Part shown: piece after piece, positions 27,299 through 41,223 of the stretch
Numbering within the stretch: position 1 is the first letter of the stretch
How the letters are laid out: every line of letters begins with the position of its first letter
Notes under the pieces: generated by a model
The model's database searches: none
The model's input: only the letters and a program-made list of their open reading frames with translations
What the model was told of the DNA's origin: nothing
DNA from: Eledone cirrhosa
Taxonomy: Eukaryota
Reading direction: 5' to 3'
Length of the DNA: 64,000 nt
Assembly (NCBI GenBank): GCA_964016885.1
Contig: OZ024740.1
Coordinates: forward strand, 398,102,001 to 398,166,000
Translations under genes and position numbers: made by a program

Positions 27299-28101
27299 TA
27301 GTTGAAAAGGGTTGGATAAAGTTTCATACATGAAAGATCATATGTAAAAAGTAAAAGTGGAAACAGCACGGAAGTATATTTAAAGCATAATTGTTTCTTT
27401 TTTTCTTTAATCCGACAGATTTTTTTTTTAAAGAGCTTTTAAAAAATATTACAGGTTTCAATGACTAAATTCATCTTATCAAATATAAAATTTGAAACAG
27501 TCAAAGATTAAAAGTTGAAAAACGTCTCTTCATTTCTGTATAATGAGAATGTAAATATATTCACTGTAATCTATATTAATAAAGCTGACGGCCGTATGTA
27601 TGTAACAAACTTTTGGCAAAACGACTGGACCAAACAGCACCAAATTTGCACCATAGATGTAACTTTTTCCAAGGGAGAAAGTGAGGGTATTTTTGTCTAC
27701 TAAATTTCGTTATTATTGATTAAAGATATTTTGTTTATCTAAAGAATCACTTCTATAAAATGTTCAAATGTCAACACTTTCGGTTAGCGATTGCTTAAAT
27801 AAACATTCATATATTTTGCAGTTTATATATAATATCGTCTTTTTTTTAATATATCATGGATTAAATTTCTGTGTATATTGTCAATCTCTATCTATATTAA
27901 TAAAGCTGACTACATTACTGGTACTTTATTATATATAATATATATAATACGACATTCCTCTCTCTTTCTTACTCTGTCTTTTTAGATAGATACATAGCTA
28001 TAGCATCGCGCGCTTATAATATCTGTCTGTATGTCTGCCTGTCTCCATTGACTTCGCTTCTAACCAACTTTTAATTAATTTTATATATATATATATATAT
28101 T

Positions 28102-28450
28102 AGAAAGTGAGGTTTTTTTTACAAAATGAAAAATAACCGAGGTGTCCTACACGAGTGAAAGTATAAAGAAAAAAATATGAAATCGAAAATGCAACTGGAG
28201 TGTTATTTTAAAAAAGATATATATATTTATTTGGTTCCTTTACCGGTTTCACCGTTCTTCTGCTTTTCAAAAGTAGAGTTGAGATGGAGGGTCTGTGGTT
28301 TTTCTCAGAGGTGAGAAAAACCACAGACTCTCCATCTCAACTCTACATTTGAAAAGCAGAAGAACGGTGAAACCGGTAAAGGAACCAAATAAATATATAT
28401 ATCTTTTTTAAAATAACACTCCAGTTGCATTTTCGATTTCATCTTTTTTT

Positions 28451-28455
<5 letters not shown>
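28102..28455. mobile_element. PLE terminal fold-back
   Basis: Arms about 28160-28307 and 28312-28455. GAAACCGGTA half-hammerhead. Same family as 1242-1530. Confidence 0.75.
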
Positions 28456-28508
<53 letters not shown>

Positions 28509-28515
<7 letters not shown>

Positions 28516-29517
28516 TTAGTTAAGCAAAACAAGACCACAGATCTCACAAGGAAGACATTATTAAAAGATTGTCAACATATTTTAGTTTGATGTAAGGAAT
28601 GTAGAGAATAATAATAATAATAATATTAATAATAATAATTGTTTCTACTTTAGGCACAAGGCCAGCAATTAGCCAGTGCATTACTGGTACTTTATTTTAT
28701 CGACCCCGTAAGGATGAAAGGCAAAGTCAACCTCGGCGGGATTTGAACTCAGATCGTAAAGGGACGTAACTATGCTGGAAAGCATGGCGTCCGACCCTCT
28801 ACCGATACTGCCAATCCACCGCAATATTAATAATAATAATGTCCGTTTACAATTGTTTCGCTACTCCATATAATATTTCTGGATCAAATGATTATATATC
28901 ATTATTGATTTGGTTCAGTTGAAAATAATTAACATTGTTACCCATAGGCAGATCTCACACAATGCAGCCTCGACAGAAGAATACTGCTCCACTATGGCAG
29001 ATAATTGATACACCCAGCACACCATAGTGAAATACCAACATATGGAACATTACATTCATGTAACATTCTTTCCTTATTTTAATTTATATTCCTTTTGAAG
29101 TTCCGATGAGCTGCTATTTCTACCTATGTTAATTATTTTCATCTGAACCAGATCAATAATGATATATAGTCATTTGATCCAGAAATATTATATGGAGTAG
29201 CGAAAGAATTGTAAACGGACATTATTATTATTATTAATATTATTATTATTATTATTCTCTACATTCCTTACATCAAACTAAAATATGTTGACAATCTTTT
29301 AATAATGTCTTCCTTGTGAGATCTGTGGTCTGGTTTTGCTTAACTAATGAATATTTCCAGCTCTGTGCACCTAACCTCTGCATGAACCCAGCCACCTAGC
29401 TGCATTCCACTGCATATTGCACATTGAGCACATGCCTTTGCGCTTTGGCTTCTAACTAATTCACCAATCTCTCCTCTCCTATCTCCATCTCTCTCTTTAA
29501 GATTGGTTACTCTTGAA

Positions 29518-29587
<70 letters not shown>

Positions 29588-29630
29588 TCTCCTATCTCCA
29601 TCTCTCTCTTTAAGATTGGTTACTCTTGAA
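28509..29630 (+). mobile_element. 3' remnant of the Naiad-like family of 56770-59660, with an inverted arm carrying a SINE (28640-28822, minus strand)
   Basis: 28936-29520 matches 58944-59660. 28509-28933 is an inverted copy of about 29128-29354 plus the SINE. Hammerhead variant CCGATGA at 29100-29216. Confidence 0.8.
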
Positions 29631-29649
29631 CTGTATATATATATATATA

Positions 29650-29758
<109 letters not shown>

Positions 29759-30472
29759 TATATTCGTATACATATTTTCAACAGTAATACTATACAACAC
29801 AGACGGCTTATCGTCTGTTTATCCAAGCGAAGCTAGGTACGTCAGCTATATATATATATGGATGTTGTAGAACACGCCAATGGTAGCCGAGCGCCAGCCG
29901 GGCGGACCAGCTAGTTCTCGAATAAAAATCAAGGCCACAACTCGATGAAGGACTTACACCTCCGAAAAATGAGCACTGAGTTCATGGAAGAATTCAAACA
30001 AGAGGAAACAAATAGACTTTATCTCAAGAGCGGCAATCGACAGACTTCTAGTGAGAATCACACTAGAAGTGTACAAATACTACTGAAATTCCCATGGAAA
30101 ACTACGAGGGGCCTTGGGGTGTAACGAATTTAGGTTAAATAATCTCTTCCATATATTTTCCAATCTTCGTATCTGTTCGTTTATTATTCCTGATAAATTC
30201 CATGTTTTTCAGTAGTGTAAAACCTCTATTGTTCAGTTTCCACTATTAAAAGGGAGGTGTAATGACAATCACTGTCTTAAAACCGGTTAAATTCTGTCGA
30301 AAAAAATTTCTGGGAATTAAAAGGAATAAATCTCTTTCAATTCTTAAGGAAGGAATGCCGAGTCTGTAAAAATAAAAATAAAAAACAGAAGATAGACATA
30401 ACTAGAACACTTCTGGCCATTGGTCTACTCGTTGATCTGGGTCAAAACATTCGACAAACATTATCTACAACT

Positions 30473-30653
30473 GGTGGATTGGCAGTATTGGTAGAGGGTT
30501 GGACGCCATGCTTTCCAGCATAGTTACGTCCCTTTATGATCTGAGTTCAAATGCCGCCGAGGTTGACTTTGCCTTTCATCCTTACGGGGTCGATAAAATA
30601 AAGTACCAGTAATGCACTGGGTAATTGCTGGCCTTGTGCCTAAAGTAGAAACA
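30473..30653 (+). mobile_element. tRNA-SINE
   Basis: TSD ATTATCTACAAC at 30460-30471 and 30654-30665. Confidence 0.88.
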
Positions 30654-31756
30654 ATTATCTACAACCACTGACCACTGGCCATCACCACCACCACCACCTC
30701 CACCACCATTATCATCATCATTATCAACCTCTTCATCGCTGTCATCGTCATTGTCGTCATTAACTGACATGTTGACGAGAAGAAAACTGTCCTTTCGATT
30801 TGGCTGGTTGGTTAAATGAGCTTGTTGACTAGCTGACTTGAGACTCACTCGTAGGGCAGATGGATGGCTGGATGGTGGATGGCTGAAGATTGGCTGAGTG
30901 GATGGCTAGCTGGATAGTTGGATAAATATCCAGTTAGCTGGTTGGTGGGTAGTCTGATTGGTTTACTGACTGGCTCGCTGGCTGGTTGGTCGATCGGTTT
31001 ACTGTCTATCTATATCAATATCATATACTGTACAGAGACAAATGAATGAGACAACAAAACATGCAACAGATGTTTCAACTCGCTCACAATTCAACCACGC
31101 TCACAACCACTAACCAACAACAGATGAAATAATCATCACATTGTTTATAGAGTGATACTGTCATTGAATCCTCCTCCTCTTCCTTTCTTTCTTTCTTTCT
31201 TCTTCTTGTTGCTTATATTGTTTTGATGTTAGGACCCGTTGTGCGCGTGTGTGTGTGTGTATGTTCAAGTGTCTTGTATTTATGATAACATGCACGTAAG
31301 TATGTTGGCTATGCAATCATGAGGTCTCGGGTCGACTCTGTTGCGTGGCAGGTTGATAATTGCCTTTTAACATCAACTCAAGTTGACCTAAGCTTTGTTA
31401 GTAGAACTGAACAAACAAACTATGTGGGACACGTTGTTTGTAATTCAAAAGAGTGACTTTATCACATAGTGTGTTATGCTGATTCGACCTAACGATTACG
31501 TTAAATGTACACCTCTCAGAATACAGACCATTATAATTTAAAGCGTAGATATTTCAGTTGATCAAACAACTGAATGCTCATCGTCGAAATGGGCAGGGAT
31601 CCATTTACTTTACTTTTACTTTATTCATACAATGATGATTTCCAGCGTGGCGGTAGAGGAGATACAAAACATTGGTGATAGTGTTGTTGTTGGTGGTGAT
31701 GTGTGTGTGCGTCCCAACGTAAATGATCCTAATAATATTCGATCCCTATAAATAAT

Positions 31757-31921
31757 TGTTTCTACTTTTGGCACAAGGCCAGCAATTATCCCAGTACATT
31801 ACTGGTACTTTATTTTATCGACTCCGTAAGGATGAAAGGCAAAGTTAACTTCGGTGGGATTTGAACTCAGACCATAAAGGGCCGTAACTCTTTGCTGCAA
31901 AGCATGGCCTCAGACCCTCTA
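31757..31921 (-). mobile_element. tRNA-SINE
   Basis: TSD CCTATAAATAAT at 31745-31756 and 31922-31933. Confidence 0.85.
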
Positions 31922-32252
31922 CCTATAAATAATAGTTGAGAAAATTGGATAAAGTATCTCTGGAGGCGGAAAAAAGTAAACAAAGGCGCCTGCAATGAAT
32001 TGAAACATGCATCTCTCAGATTAAACACTTCACTAAAGAGCTGCAGCCCATCAGTTCCGTCTTTATATATTTTAAACTTGTAGCTTGATGAGTAAACAAA
32101 GCGGTTGACTTAAGAGGCATTAGGAAATTTGAATTGTGTGCGTCCCAATGCCAATGACTATAATAATAGTCGATCACTATAAATGATAGTTGAAAAAAAT
32201 CATATATTCTTTGCAACGAAAAAAAGTGGACAGAGCCATCCACGCCGGCGAC

Positions 32253-32522
<270 letters not shown>

Positions 32523-33529
32523 ATGTATATATACACACAAATAGAGATCTTTATATATATATATATATATTTCCGTTCCTCTTCTCATACTCTATCTTTC
32601 TATTTCATCTTTTATTTCCCATTCTATTTTCTTATCAAGGACAAAGACAATGGAAAAAAAACAACAACGGAAAGACGGACAGTCCCATCTCCTCAGCTAA
32701 CCTCTGGGAATCATAACTATATATATACATATATATATATACATATATATATATATATTGTCATACTTTGCAAAACAAATTCAAAATATATGTATATATA
32801 TTAGCCGCGTGGAGGTGTGTATTATACAAGAATGTATATATGCACACATGCATGTGTGCATATATCTTTCATGTTTTATATAAATAGGCAAATATACACA
32901 TAAAAGCTGATACACCGGCTGTGAAAAACTTTAAATATCATACTTGTATGACTACTGTGTGATTTCTAGTATGTTTTTGTTCTCTAACTTTAGTCCTTTA
33001 TTCTCAATTCTGTTTGCATGATCGATGTGTTCACATGGTAACTAAAAATCAGTGTTATGGGTGATTTGAAGTCGAATTTTATTTCTATATAATAAAAAAA
33101 AAGAAAGCCTGCATAATAGTTAAAATTTTCTTTATATTTAAAAATTGATTTTTTGTTTGCGACATTAACTGTGCTGTTTGAATATGATTTGTAGTTACTT
33201 GCTTATGTAACTAACTTATGGTTATCTCTTGCTTCTGGTTAACAAATGTATACCTTCTAGCCTATGAAGTGATATTGATATTGATATAAACACGAAATGA
33301 ATGGTTTGAGTCAGCTGTTTGTAAATAGGATGGCATATTGCAGTCTGTGTATTGATATAAGAATAGTATGGTTGATTCCATAGAAAACTGATCCAGTACA
33401 ACATTCATATGAAGAATAAAGAATTGAAGATGCCAATCCATGGGACTTTAACTACTGATGGGGGAACATAGTGATATATTGTGTTTCTTGGGTATTTAAA
33501 CCTGGTTAAGCCCATCTCTCTCCTTGTCT

Positions 33530-33865
33530 GAACACAACTAATTTCCTCCAGAGATAGAGAGAGCGGGGTGGTGATAAGAGAGACTTAGAGGAAGTGAGAA
33601 ACTTGCAGAAGAAGAATCGACCCCAGTACTAGACTGGTACTTTATTTACCGACCTCGAAATAATTGTTTCTACTTTAGGCACAAGGCCAGCAATTACCCA
33701 GTGCATCACTGGTACTTTATTTTATCGACCCCGTAAGGATGAAAGGCAAAGTCAAGAAAGACAAAGTCGACTTTAGCGGGATTTGAACTTAGGGGGCAAA
33801 GAGCAGGAACGAATATTACAAAGCTTTCTATCCGAAGTTCTAACGACTCTGCCAATTTGCCACCT
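33530..33865 (-). mobile_element. Older SINE-related element with a young SINE 3' half nested at 33661-33755; a relative lies at about 7230-7415
   Basis: Shared GGATTTGAACT and CTAACGACTCTGCCAA segments. Confidence 0.55.
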
Positions 33866-34058
33866 TGGGGGATCCAATATAGTAACTAGAATTAGTAGGA
33901 TAGTAATGGCCTGCATTTGTATGAATTGAATTAGAAAAAAAGTGGAGGACTTGTATAATAAAGAGCGCCAGCAGAATAAAACTCCACTCAACTGAAAGAC
34001 ATTTCCCTACACAGGAAAGGTAGATTGAGTCTAGAATTGAATTTAGAACACTTGAAAG

Positions 34059-34110
<52 letters not shown>

Positions 34111-34257
34111 TAACATATTAAAGTTTAAGCAAAGAATCGCTTAAACTTTAATCTATTCTAATTAATATTTGCTCTATGGCTCTTATATATTTGATATATA
34201 TTTATCCTTATCGAGCCCTCTTTGGATTTTAGTCTTCACATTTATTATTATTACTAT

Positions 34258-34438
34258 GGTGAATTGGCAGTATCGGTAGAGGGTTGGACGCCATGTTTTC
34301 TAGCATAGTTACGTCCCTTTACAGTCTCAGTTCAAATCCCGCCGAGGTTAACTTTGCCTTTTATCCTTACGGGGTCGATAAAATAAAGTACCAGTAATGT
34401 ACTGGGTAATTGCTGGCCTTGTGCCTAAAGTAGAAACA
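34258..34438 (+). mobile_element. tRNA-SINE inserted in the ATT-rich end of a PLE remnant
   Basis: TSD ATTATTACTAT at 34247-34257 and 34439-34449. Confidence 0.88.
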
Positions 34439-35682
34439 ATTATTACTATATATATATATATAATATGCAGATTCCCGATTTGTGTTGGTGGCTAACCACA
34501 GTTAAAAAAGGTACTCAATGCTTTAATACATTGGTAGAGCATAGGCATCTTTATTATATATATAGAAATGAGTTCTACAGGACTAGAACTATTTCATTCA
34601 TATGAATCCTCAGTTGTCCTGTAGAAGTCATTTATATACATATTATAAACGTGAAGCAACAAGAGCAACTCAAGGATGTCTAGTTTCGTGGTTAAATTTG
34701 TTTGGGAAGTATGTTTGAGCTCGAAATTCCGGCGTAGCGATTTCAGATTTCCCCTGCATCACTTTACTTGCCGGTAGCTTGAAATCGTGTTCAAATAAAC
34801 GGGAGATAGGATAAAATCGTAGTGTAGCTTCAAAATAATTTTACCTTATCATCTATAATCCACTCTTCACCTAAAAAAAAAAAAAAAGTTGTTTCCCAAA
34901 CTCCTTTTGCTCGTGTGACCAATGAAATGATTGATATTTTGGACACTACTAAAGATGTGACATTGAATTAGTTTTTTTAGTTGTTCTTTATTTTCAGATG
35001 AATCCTGAATGTTCAGACCTGTAATCAAAAGCGTTCCAGTAATTATCATTTTTCTCTCGTATGTAGGACTTGCATTATCCAATGTGTCCCGTCCTTCATG
35101 ATAGTAGAGTGTAATCTGAGTGAAATGTATTTGCTATTTCTGACAGATCGAGCTGCCACATAGAGTCTCCACTCACTTTACTAGAGAGCAATAATTGTAG
35201 TTTTAATTTCAGTACTGATCAAGGTGTCACTCTGAATGTGTGAAGATAAGTAACATACGTGCATATTATATGCATCGGCACCAGTAGTTGTTAAAATATA
35301 TAAAATCTGCAGTGTACCATGACAAATCCGTATAATTGCATAATATAATTTTTATAAAACTGCATATGTACTTGTCTCTGTTTTACTGGGTGTAAACATA
35401 TATAAACTGATTGGATGGAAGATAAATACGGGGTTTACAGTACTTTTAAATGTATGTTTTAAATTAAAATGTCTGTATTATTTATAAGTATGCTGAATGC
35501 AGTGGCTCAGCATGGCCGCAGTCTGATGAATAAAATCAGTAAAATAATAGAAAAATTCTTAAGGCATTGATGTAGCAGAAATTGTAGAGGGCTTGTCAAA
35601 ATGCTTTGAATTATTTCAATCAGTCCATCTACTTTCTGAGTTCAAACTCCGTCAAGGTTAACTTTACCTTACGTTCTTCCGG

Positions 35683-35940
35683 GGTCGATAAAGTTAAGTA
35701 CCAGTCAAGCACGAGGGTTGACAAAATACAGTACATATCAACTACTATAGTCAATAAAATAAAGTACCTGTCAAGTACTAGGATCAATAAAATAAAGTAC
35801 ATATCAAGTACTAGGGTCAATAAAATAAAGTACATATCAAGTACTAGGGTCAATAAAATAAAGTACATATCAAGTACTAGGGTCAATAAAATAAAGTACA
35901 TATCAAGTACTAGGGTCAATAAAATAAAGTACAAGTCAAT
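35683..35940 (+). repeat. 33-bp minisatellite (about 7 units) amplified inside a degenerate SINE
   Basis: Unit GTCAATAAAATAAAGTACATATCAAGTACTAGG resembles the SINE segment GTCGATAAAATAAAGTACCAGT. Confidence 0.8.
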
Positions 35941-36013
35941 ATAATCGATTTCCTCCCCCTGAAATTGTGACTAAATTCGAAACCATTGTTGTTGTTATTA
36001 GACAGGTAAACAG

Positions 36014-36233
36014 GGTGGTGGATTGGCAATATCAGTACAGAGTCGTACGCCATGCTTTGCAGCACAGAGTTACGGTCCTTTACGGTCTGAGTTCAAATCC
36101 CGCTGAGGTTATCTTTGTCTTTTATCCTTACGGGGTCGATAAAATAAAGCACCAGTAACGTACTGGCTTCGATTTAATCGATTTTCCCCCTCCCCCTAAA
36201 TTACTGGATTGTGCCTATACTAGAAATCGTTAT
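36014..36233 (+). mobile_element. tRNA-SINE, longer variant (more degenerate copies at 36260-36350 and 36828-37020)
   Basis: A and B boxes and SINE body homology. Confidence 0.75.
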
Positions 36234-37179
36234 TAGGGAGGTAAACAACAAAATTGCCGGCAAAATGCTTTACAGTATTTTTCTAGTTTTGAGTTCAAAT
36301 ATTGCCGAAGTTACCTTTGCTTTAGATCGTCTGGAGTTGATTAAATCAATATTCGTTGAAGCCTTTTTCTACCATAACTTTAGAGGCCTTCGCTATTTGA
36401 ATCTGTCTTGTCTCGTGCCATATCCACTCAGTCATTCCAGATTAACTCACCTCTCCTCTTATCGTTACCCATAGTATGTCTCCCTCCCTCGTCTCACAGT
36501 AACCACCATGTCCAATTCTCCCACCCCAGATCTTCTGCTCATCAGAACCCTCTAACTGCACATATTTTCCCTACAACTGTTGACTTGTAACTGTTCGAAA
36601 GAAACATTAACTGTGTCGATCTCGCCTGTCTCGTCCGTGAAGGAAATAAGCTGAGGTTTTTCCCCAACCATAACCAGTAAAAATATGTGGAAGGCCAATA
36701 TAATCGACCTTTTCCACTCCTCACCCAACACACACGCACACATAAATTTGAGACCTTGTATTAATGCTATAAATCATTATTGTTAATATAATTATTGACA
36801 AAATAGAAGCGGTGGATTGGTAGAGCTTTTAGAGCTTAGCACAAATACCCAGTAATATTTGTTCTCGTGCTTTACGTTCTGAGTTCAAACCCCACCCGTA
36901 GTCAACTTTGCCTTTCATCCTTCTGGAGTCGATAAAATAAAATACCAGTCAAGTACTAGGGTTGATTTAATCAAGTTTCCCGTTCCCCAACCGAATTTCT
37001 ATCCTTAGGTAATTATTATTGACCAAATATAATCAATTGCTCGATGCTTCTTGATCCATTATATGTGAGAGTGGGTTATCAGCTCTTTTGACCTAATCTG
37101 TGAAATTCTGCTACACATGTTTATCATGGAAACAAACTGAAACGTCAGCTATAGAATTGAATTCACATTTAAATATAAT

Positions 37180-37272
37180 TGTTTCTACTAGCAATTACCC
37201 AATGCATTACTGGTACTTTATTTTATCGACCCCGTAAAGATGAAAGGCAAAGTTAACCTCGGCGGGATTTGA
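37180..37272 (-). mobile_element. 5'-truncated SINE
   Basis: TSD TCACATTTAAATATAAT at 37163-37179 and 37273-37289. Confidence 0.8.
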
Positions 37273-39489
37273 TCACATTTAAATATAATAAAGGTGTTCT
37301 GACGTGACATACGGACATTTTAAAAACCCGATAAAGCCCATCATGCTCTTGGTCTGATCTCAGTTGATTTATTCCAAAGAAAGAGAGAGGAGGAAGAGAG
37401 GGAATGAAGGAGAAGAAAAAAAAAGAAGAAGAATCGAGCCCGGTACTGAACTTGAACTTTATTTATCTCAAATGGGTGAAAAGCAAAGTTAACCACGGCT
37501 GGATATGAACACAGAGCACAAGGTATTCTAAAAAGTCCAAGGTATTCTATACGAGGATCTAATGACCCCACCAATTTGCCACCTTATATTAAATTGCACT
37601 ATATTCTTTTATTCTTGTATCATTTTATTTGTTTCAGTCAACAGACTGTGGCCATTCTGGAGCATCCCTTGATTTAGTAGATTATATCGACCTTGGTACT
37701 TCTTTTTTAGGTCTGGTACTTATTTTATCGATCAAGGAAAGAGATTTCGCTGGAAAATATATATCACTGATTTATTATTATTTGATGATAAATAATATAA
37801 ATCTATTCAAATTCGTTTATAGGGAAAGAAAATTATCTAAAGGGTGCGATTAAAATAGCAGTCATTTTCATTTCTAGTGACACGGGGATCACTTGTGAAC
37901 TAATAAGTACTGTAATGAAGCCAACAGGTTGACGGCGCGAGGAGAACATCACAGACATGTGCCAGTAATGAAGGTTGATGGATGGTGGGTGAGAGAGCAA
38001 GAAGAAAGCGACCAGCATAGGAGGTAAGAAAAGGTTAGTGAGTTTGATAATGCTTTTGTCAGTTAGTACAACACATCTAAAGAGTTATTAATATTGTATT
38101 AGATTCCAAAGGCAAATAGAAACCAGATGTTGACTTCATCAACTAATAAGCGTGTTTTCATCATTATGGGGACATTAGTAATGATGGTGGTGATAGTTGC
38201 AGAGTTGGTGGTCGTGGTGGTTGCTAGCATTAGCATGGAGGTTTCGAGCTGGGAAAAAATGGTTGCGGTTGGGCTTATGTGGTTATGGCGGTGGCGGTGA
38301 AGGTATAGAATTTGGTGGTGATGGTGAGGTAGGGTTTAACATCGGTTATGTGAGAGTAGTTGCTCTCCTCCTCCTCCTCCTCCTCCTCCTCCTCATGCCC
38401 ATCATCATCATCATCATCTTTATCGTCATTCTCCTCCCCTCATCATCATTATCGTTGACATCGTCGCCATTATCAGGTCGTCACAAACACCCATCTTAAT
38501 CGATCTTAATTTCAAGCTTCATTCTCTAAAAAATATCTGGCTTCTTTTTTTTGTATGTTGTTTTGTGTTTTTGGTTTGTTGCGGTATACTTTTCCCCTAC
38601 CCGGCTTCATCTCTGTCCCCTTCCGTTTTCTTCTCCAAAGCCGGGCATTATTAACTTGTCTTTTTTTCTCAATTACCTCTTGCACCCCATGTCACCCTAC
38701 TCTTATGTGATTTTCCTTTATATTTTGTTTCTGATTGTTCTTATTGTCTTGAGCCTCTGTACATTCTTAGACCAATTGAGAAGGGCGTGTCCAAATTTCT
38801 ATTTTAACACTATGTAACTAGGACTGTAATATTTGACACGGTCTTCCTCTTATAATTTCAAATGTTTTTAAACTCAGCAATTCAATCAGAAGGAAAGATT
38901 CTTTACATCTGAAAATATATCCAGCATTCTCTTCCAAATCTATTTATGATAGTAAGATATGATGAGGAGGTGGGGGCTATTATTTCTAACTGGTAAGATG
39001 ATTCTGAAGAAGCCTCATCGGAAAATGGTAATATCTCTCGGCGGTATTGCAGACTAAGATTTTCATGAAATTATTCTTAATGCTCAATGTGGATGCTCCA
39101 TCGACTGAACGTTCCAGCTGGTCACCCACAGTTACTCCCTGCGTTAATCATCTCTACGGTCCCAATAGCAATGCCGACTTTGTCACGGTCTACCCTCACA
39201 TCTTTGCACAGATAAACATAAACATAAACATAAACACACACACACACACACACACACACGCGCGCGCATTCAAAATACATAAGGATTATCTCCGTTTCAA
39301 AACTTCTCTAATATCTAAGATACATTATAACCAACACTTTCCCCAAAAATAGCTGGACACACACGTGCTTTCTACCTAGAAAAAAAATTATGATATTTAG
39401 GAATCCACGAGTCTGATGAGCTATTGATTCCAGAGTCGGGCTCGATCGATACAGATCGTGGCTTGAGCTGATCAATGACGAAACGTAGG

Positions 39490-39562
<73 letters not shown>

Positions 39563-39711
39563 ATAATAATAAATTTGAAGACTAAAATCCAAAGAGGGCT
39601 CGATATATATATATATTCATTTATATTAAGGCTAAAAAGTGAGTCTTATTACTCTGGATTAAAACTCTACTTCAGTATTCAATGCTCCTTTCTCTCAGCT
39701 GACAACCACAT

Positions 39712-39764
<53 letters not shown>

Positions 39765-40291
39765 TACCCTTTCTCGTTCTTTGTACCTTTTACCCTTTCT
39801 AGCAGTCTCTCTCTCTGTTAGCCTCCTCCTCAACTTTCACTCACTCATTCTCTGTCACTACCTCTCCTCCTCCTCTTTCCTCCTCCTCCTTCAAGTTTGA
39901 CCTGTGTGTAATTCTTTTCTCGCGCGGTCTTGGTCAAGCTGGTATGGAATTTTTTTCTCTCTCTCTCTCTTTCGTCTGCGACTTCACAAAACTTATGTTT
40001 ACCGAATTCGTAGACCAGACCTCTTCTTCTTCTTCTTCTTCTTCTTCTTCTTCTTCTTCTTCTTCTTTTTCTCCCCCCCCCCCCGTTAGACCTGTGCGAA
40101 ATTCCTTCCTTGCTCACATTTCAACCAGGTTTGATGGTCTTTTGTCTCTTGTTCACGATTTCACCGAGTTTATATTCATAGAGATCTGGGACTTGTCTAT
40201 TTCTTCTCACTTTCCGTTGCTTAAACCATTTTGTTTGTTACCCTAACGTCCCCTTTATTTACGTGTCCCAACGACTTTTTTTAGCCGTTGT

Positions 40292-40362
40292 TCGCACCAA
40301 CCTGAGGCATATGGCCCTTAAAGCGATGAAATGCCTGGGACGGTTGGAGGGTCACTGATGAA
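40292..40362 (+). ncRNA. Non-circularly permuted hammerhead-like motif, copy 1
   Basis: TCGC-A-CCAACC-TG-AGGCAT-A-TGGCCCT-TAAA-GCGA-T-GAA-ATGCCT-GGGAC-GGTTGG-AGGGTCA-CTGATGA-A. Confidence 0.75.
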
Positions 40363-41061
40363 GGACTTACTTTTTCATATGCACCACCATTTGCAACGCG
40401 CAGCCATCATTATTATCATATTTACACATAATTTTTCTTCTGCTGCCACCCGTCTGTTTCGTTCTTTGTACCTTTTACTCTTTCTCGTTCTTTGTACCTT
40501 TTACCCTTTCTAGCAGTCTCTCTCTCTCTGTTAGCCTCCTCCTCAACTTTCACTCACTCATTCTCTGTCACTACCTCTCCTCCTCCTCTTTCCTCCTCCT
40601 CCTTCAAGTTTGACCTGTGTGTAATTCTTTTCTCGCGCGGTCTTGGTCAAGCTGGTATGGAATTTTTTTCTCTCTCTCTCTTTCGTCTGCGACTTCACAA
40701 AACTTATGTTTACCGAATTCGTAGACCAGACCCCTTCTTCTTCTTCTTCTTCTTCTTCTTCTTCTTCTTCTTCTTCTTCTTCTTCTTCTTCTTCTTCTTC
40801 TTCTTCTTCTTCTTCTTCTTCTTCTTCTTCTTCTTCTTCTTCTTTCTTCCCCCCGTTAGACCTGTGCGAAATTCCTTCCTTGCTCACATTTCAACCAGGT
40901 TTGATGGTCTTTTGTCTCTTGTTCACGATTTCACCGAGTTTATATTCATAGAGATCTGGGACTTGTCTATTTCTTCTCACTTTCCGTTGCTTAAACCATT
41001 TTGTTTGTTACCCTAACGTCCCCTTTATTTACGTGTCCCAACGACTTTTTTTAGCCGTTGT

Positions 41062-41132
41062 TCGCACCAACCTGAGGCATATGGCCCTTAAAGCGATGAA
41101 ATGCCTGGGACGGTTGGAGGGTCACTGATGAA
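41062..41132 (+). ncRNA. Non-circularly permuted hammerhead-like motif, copy 2
   Basis: Identical to 40292-40362, offset by 770 nt. Confidence 0.75.
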
Positions 41133-41184
41133 GGACTTACTTTTTCATATGCACCACCATTTGCAACGCGCAGCCATCATTATT

Positions 41185-41214
<30 letters not shown>

Positions 41215-41223
<9 letters not shown>

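Larger units (their letters stand above)
39762..41190 (+). mobile_element. Tandem duplicated non-coding pyrimidine-rich unit, each copy ending in a permuted hammerhead; PLE pLTR or retrozyme-like
   Basis: 39770-40420 matches 40481-41190 apart from (TTC)n and other simple-repeat lengths. (TA)n flanks. Confidence 0.8.

Noticed and set aside
35683-35940. CRISPR-like appearance of the 33-bp repeats
   Set aside because: There are no unique spacers or cas genes; this is a SINE-derived tandem repeat.
39004-39035. CTGAAGA...GAAA hammerhead candidate (similar cases at 35523 and 3488)
   Set aside because: Stems I, II and III do not form convincingly.
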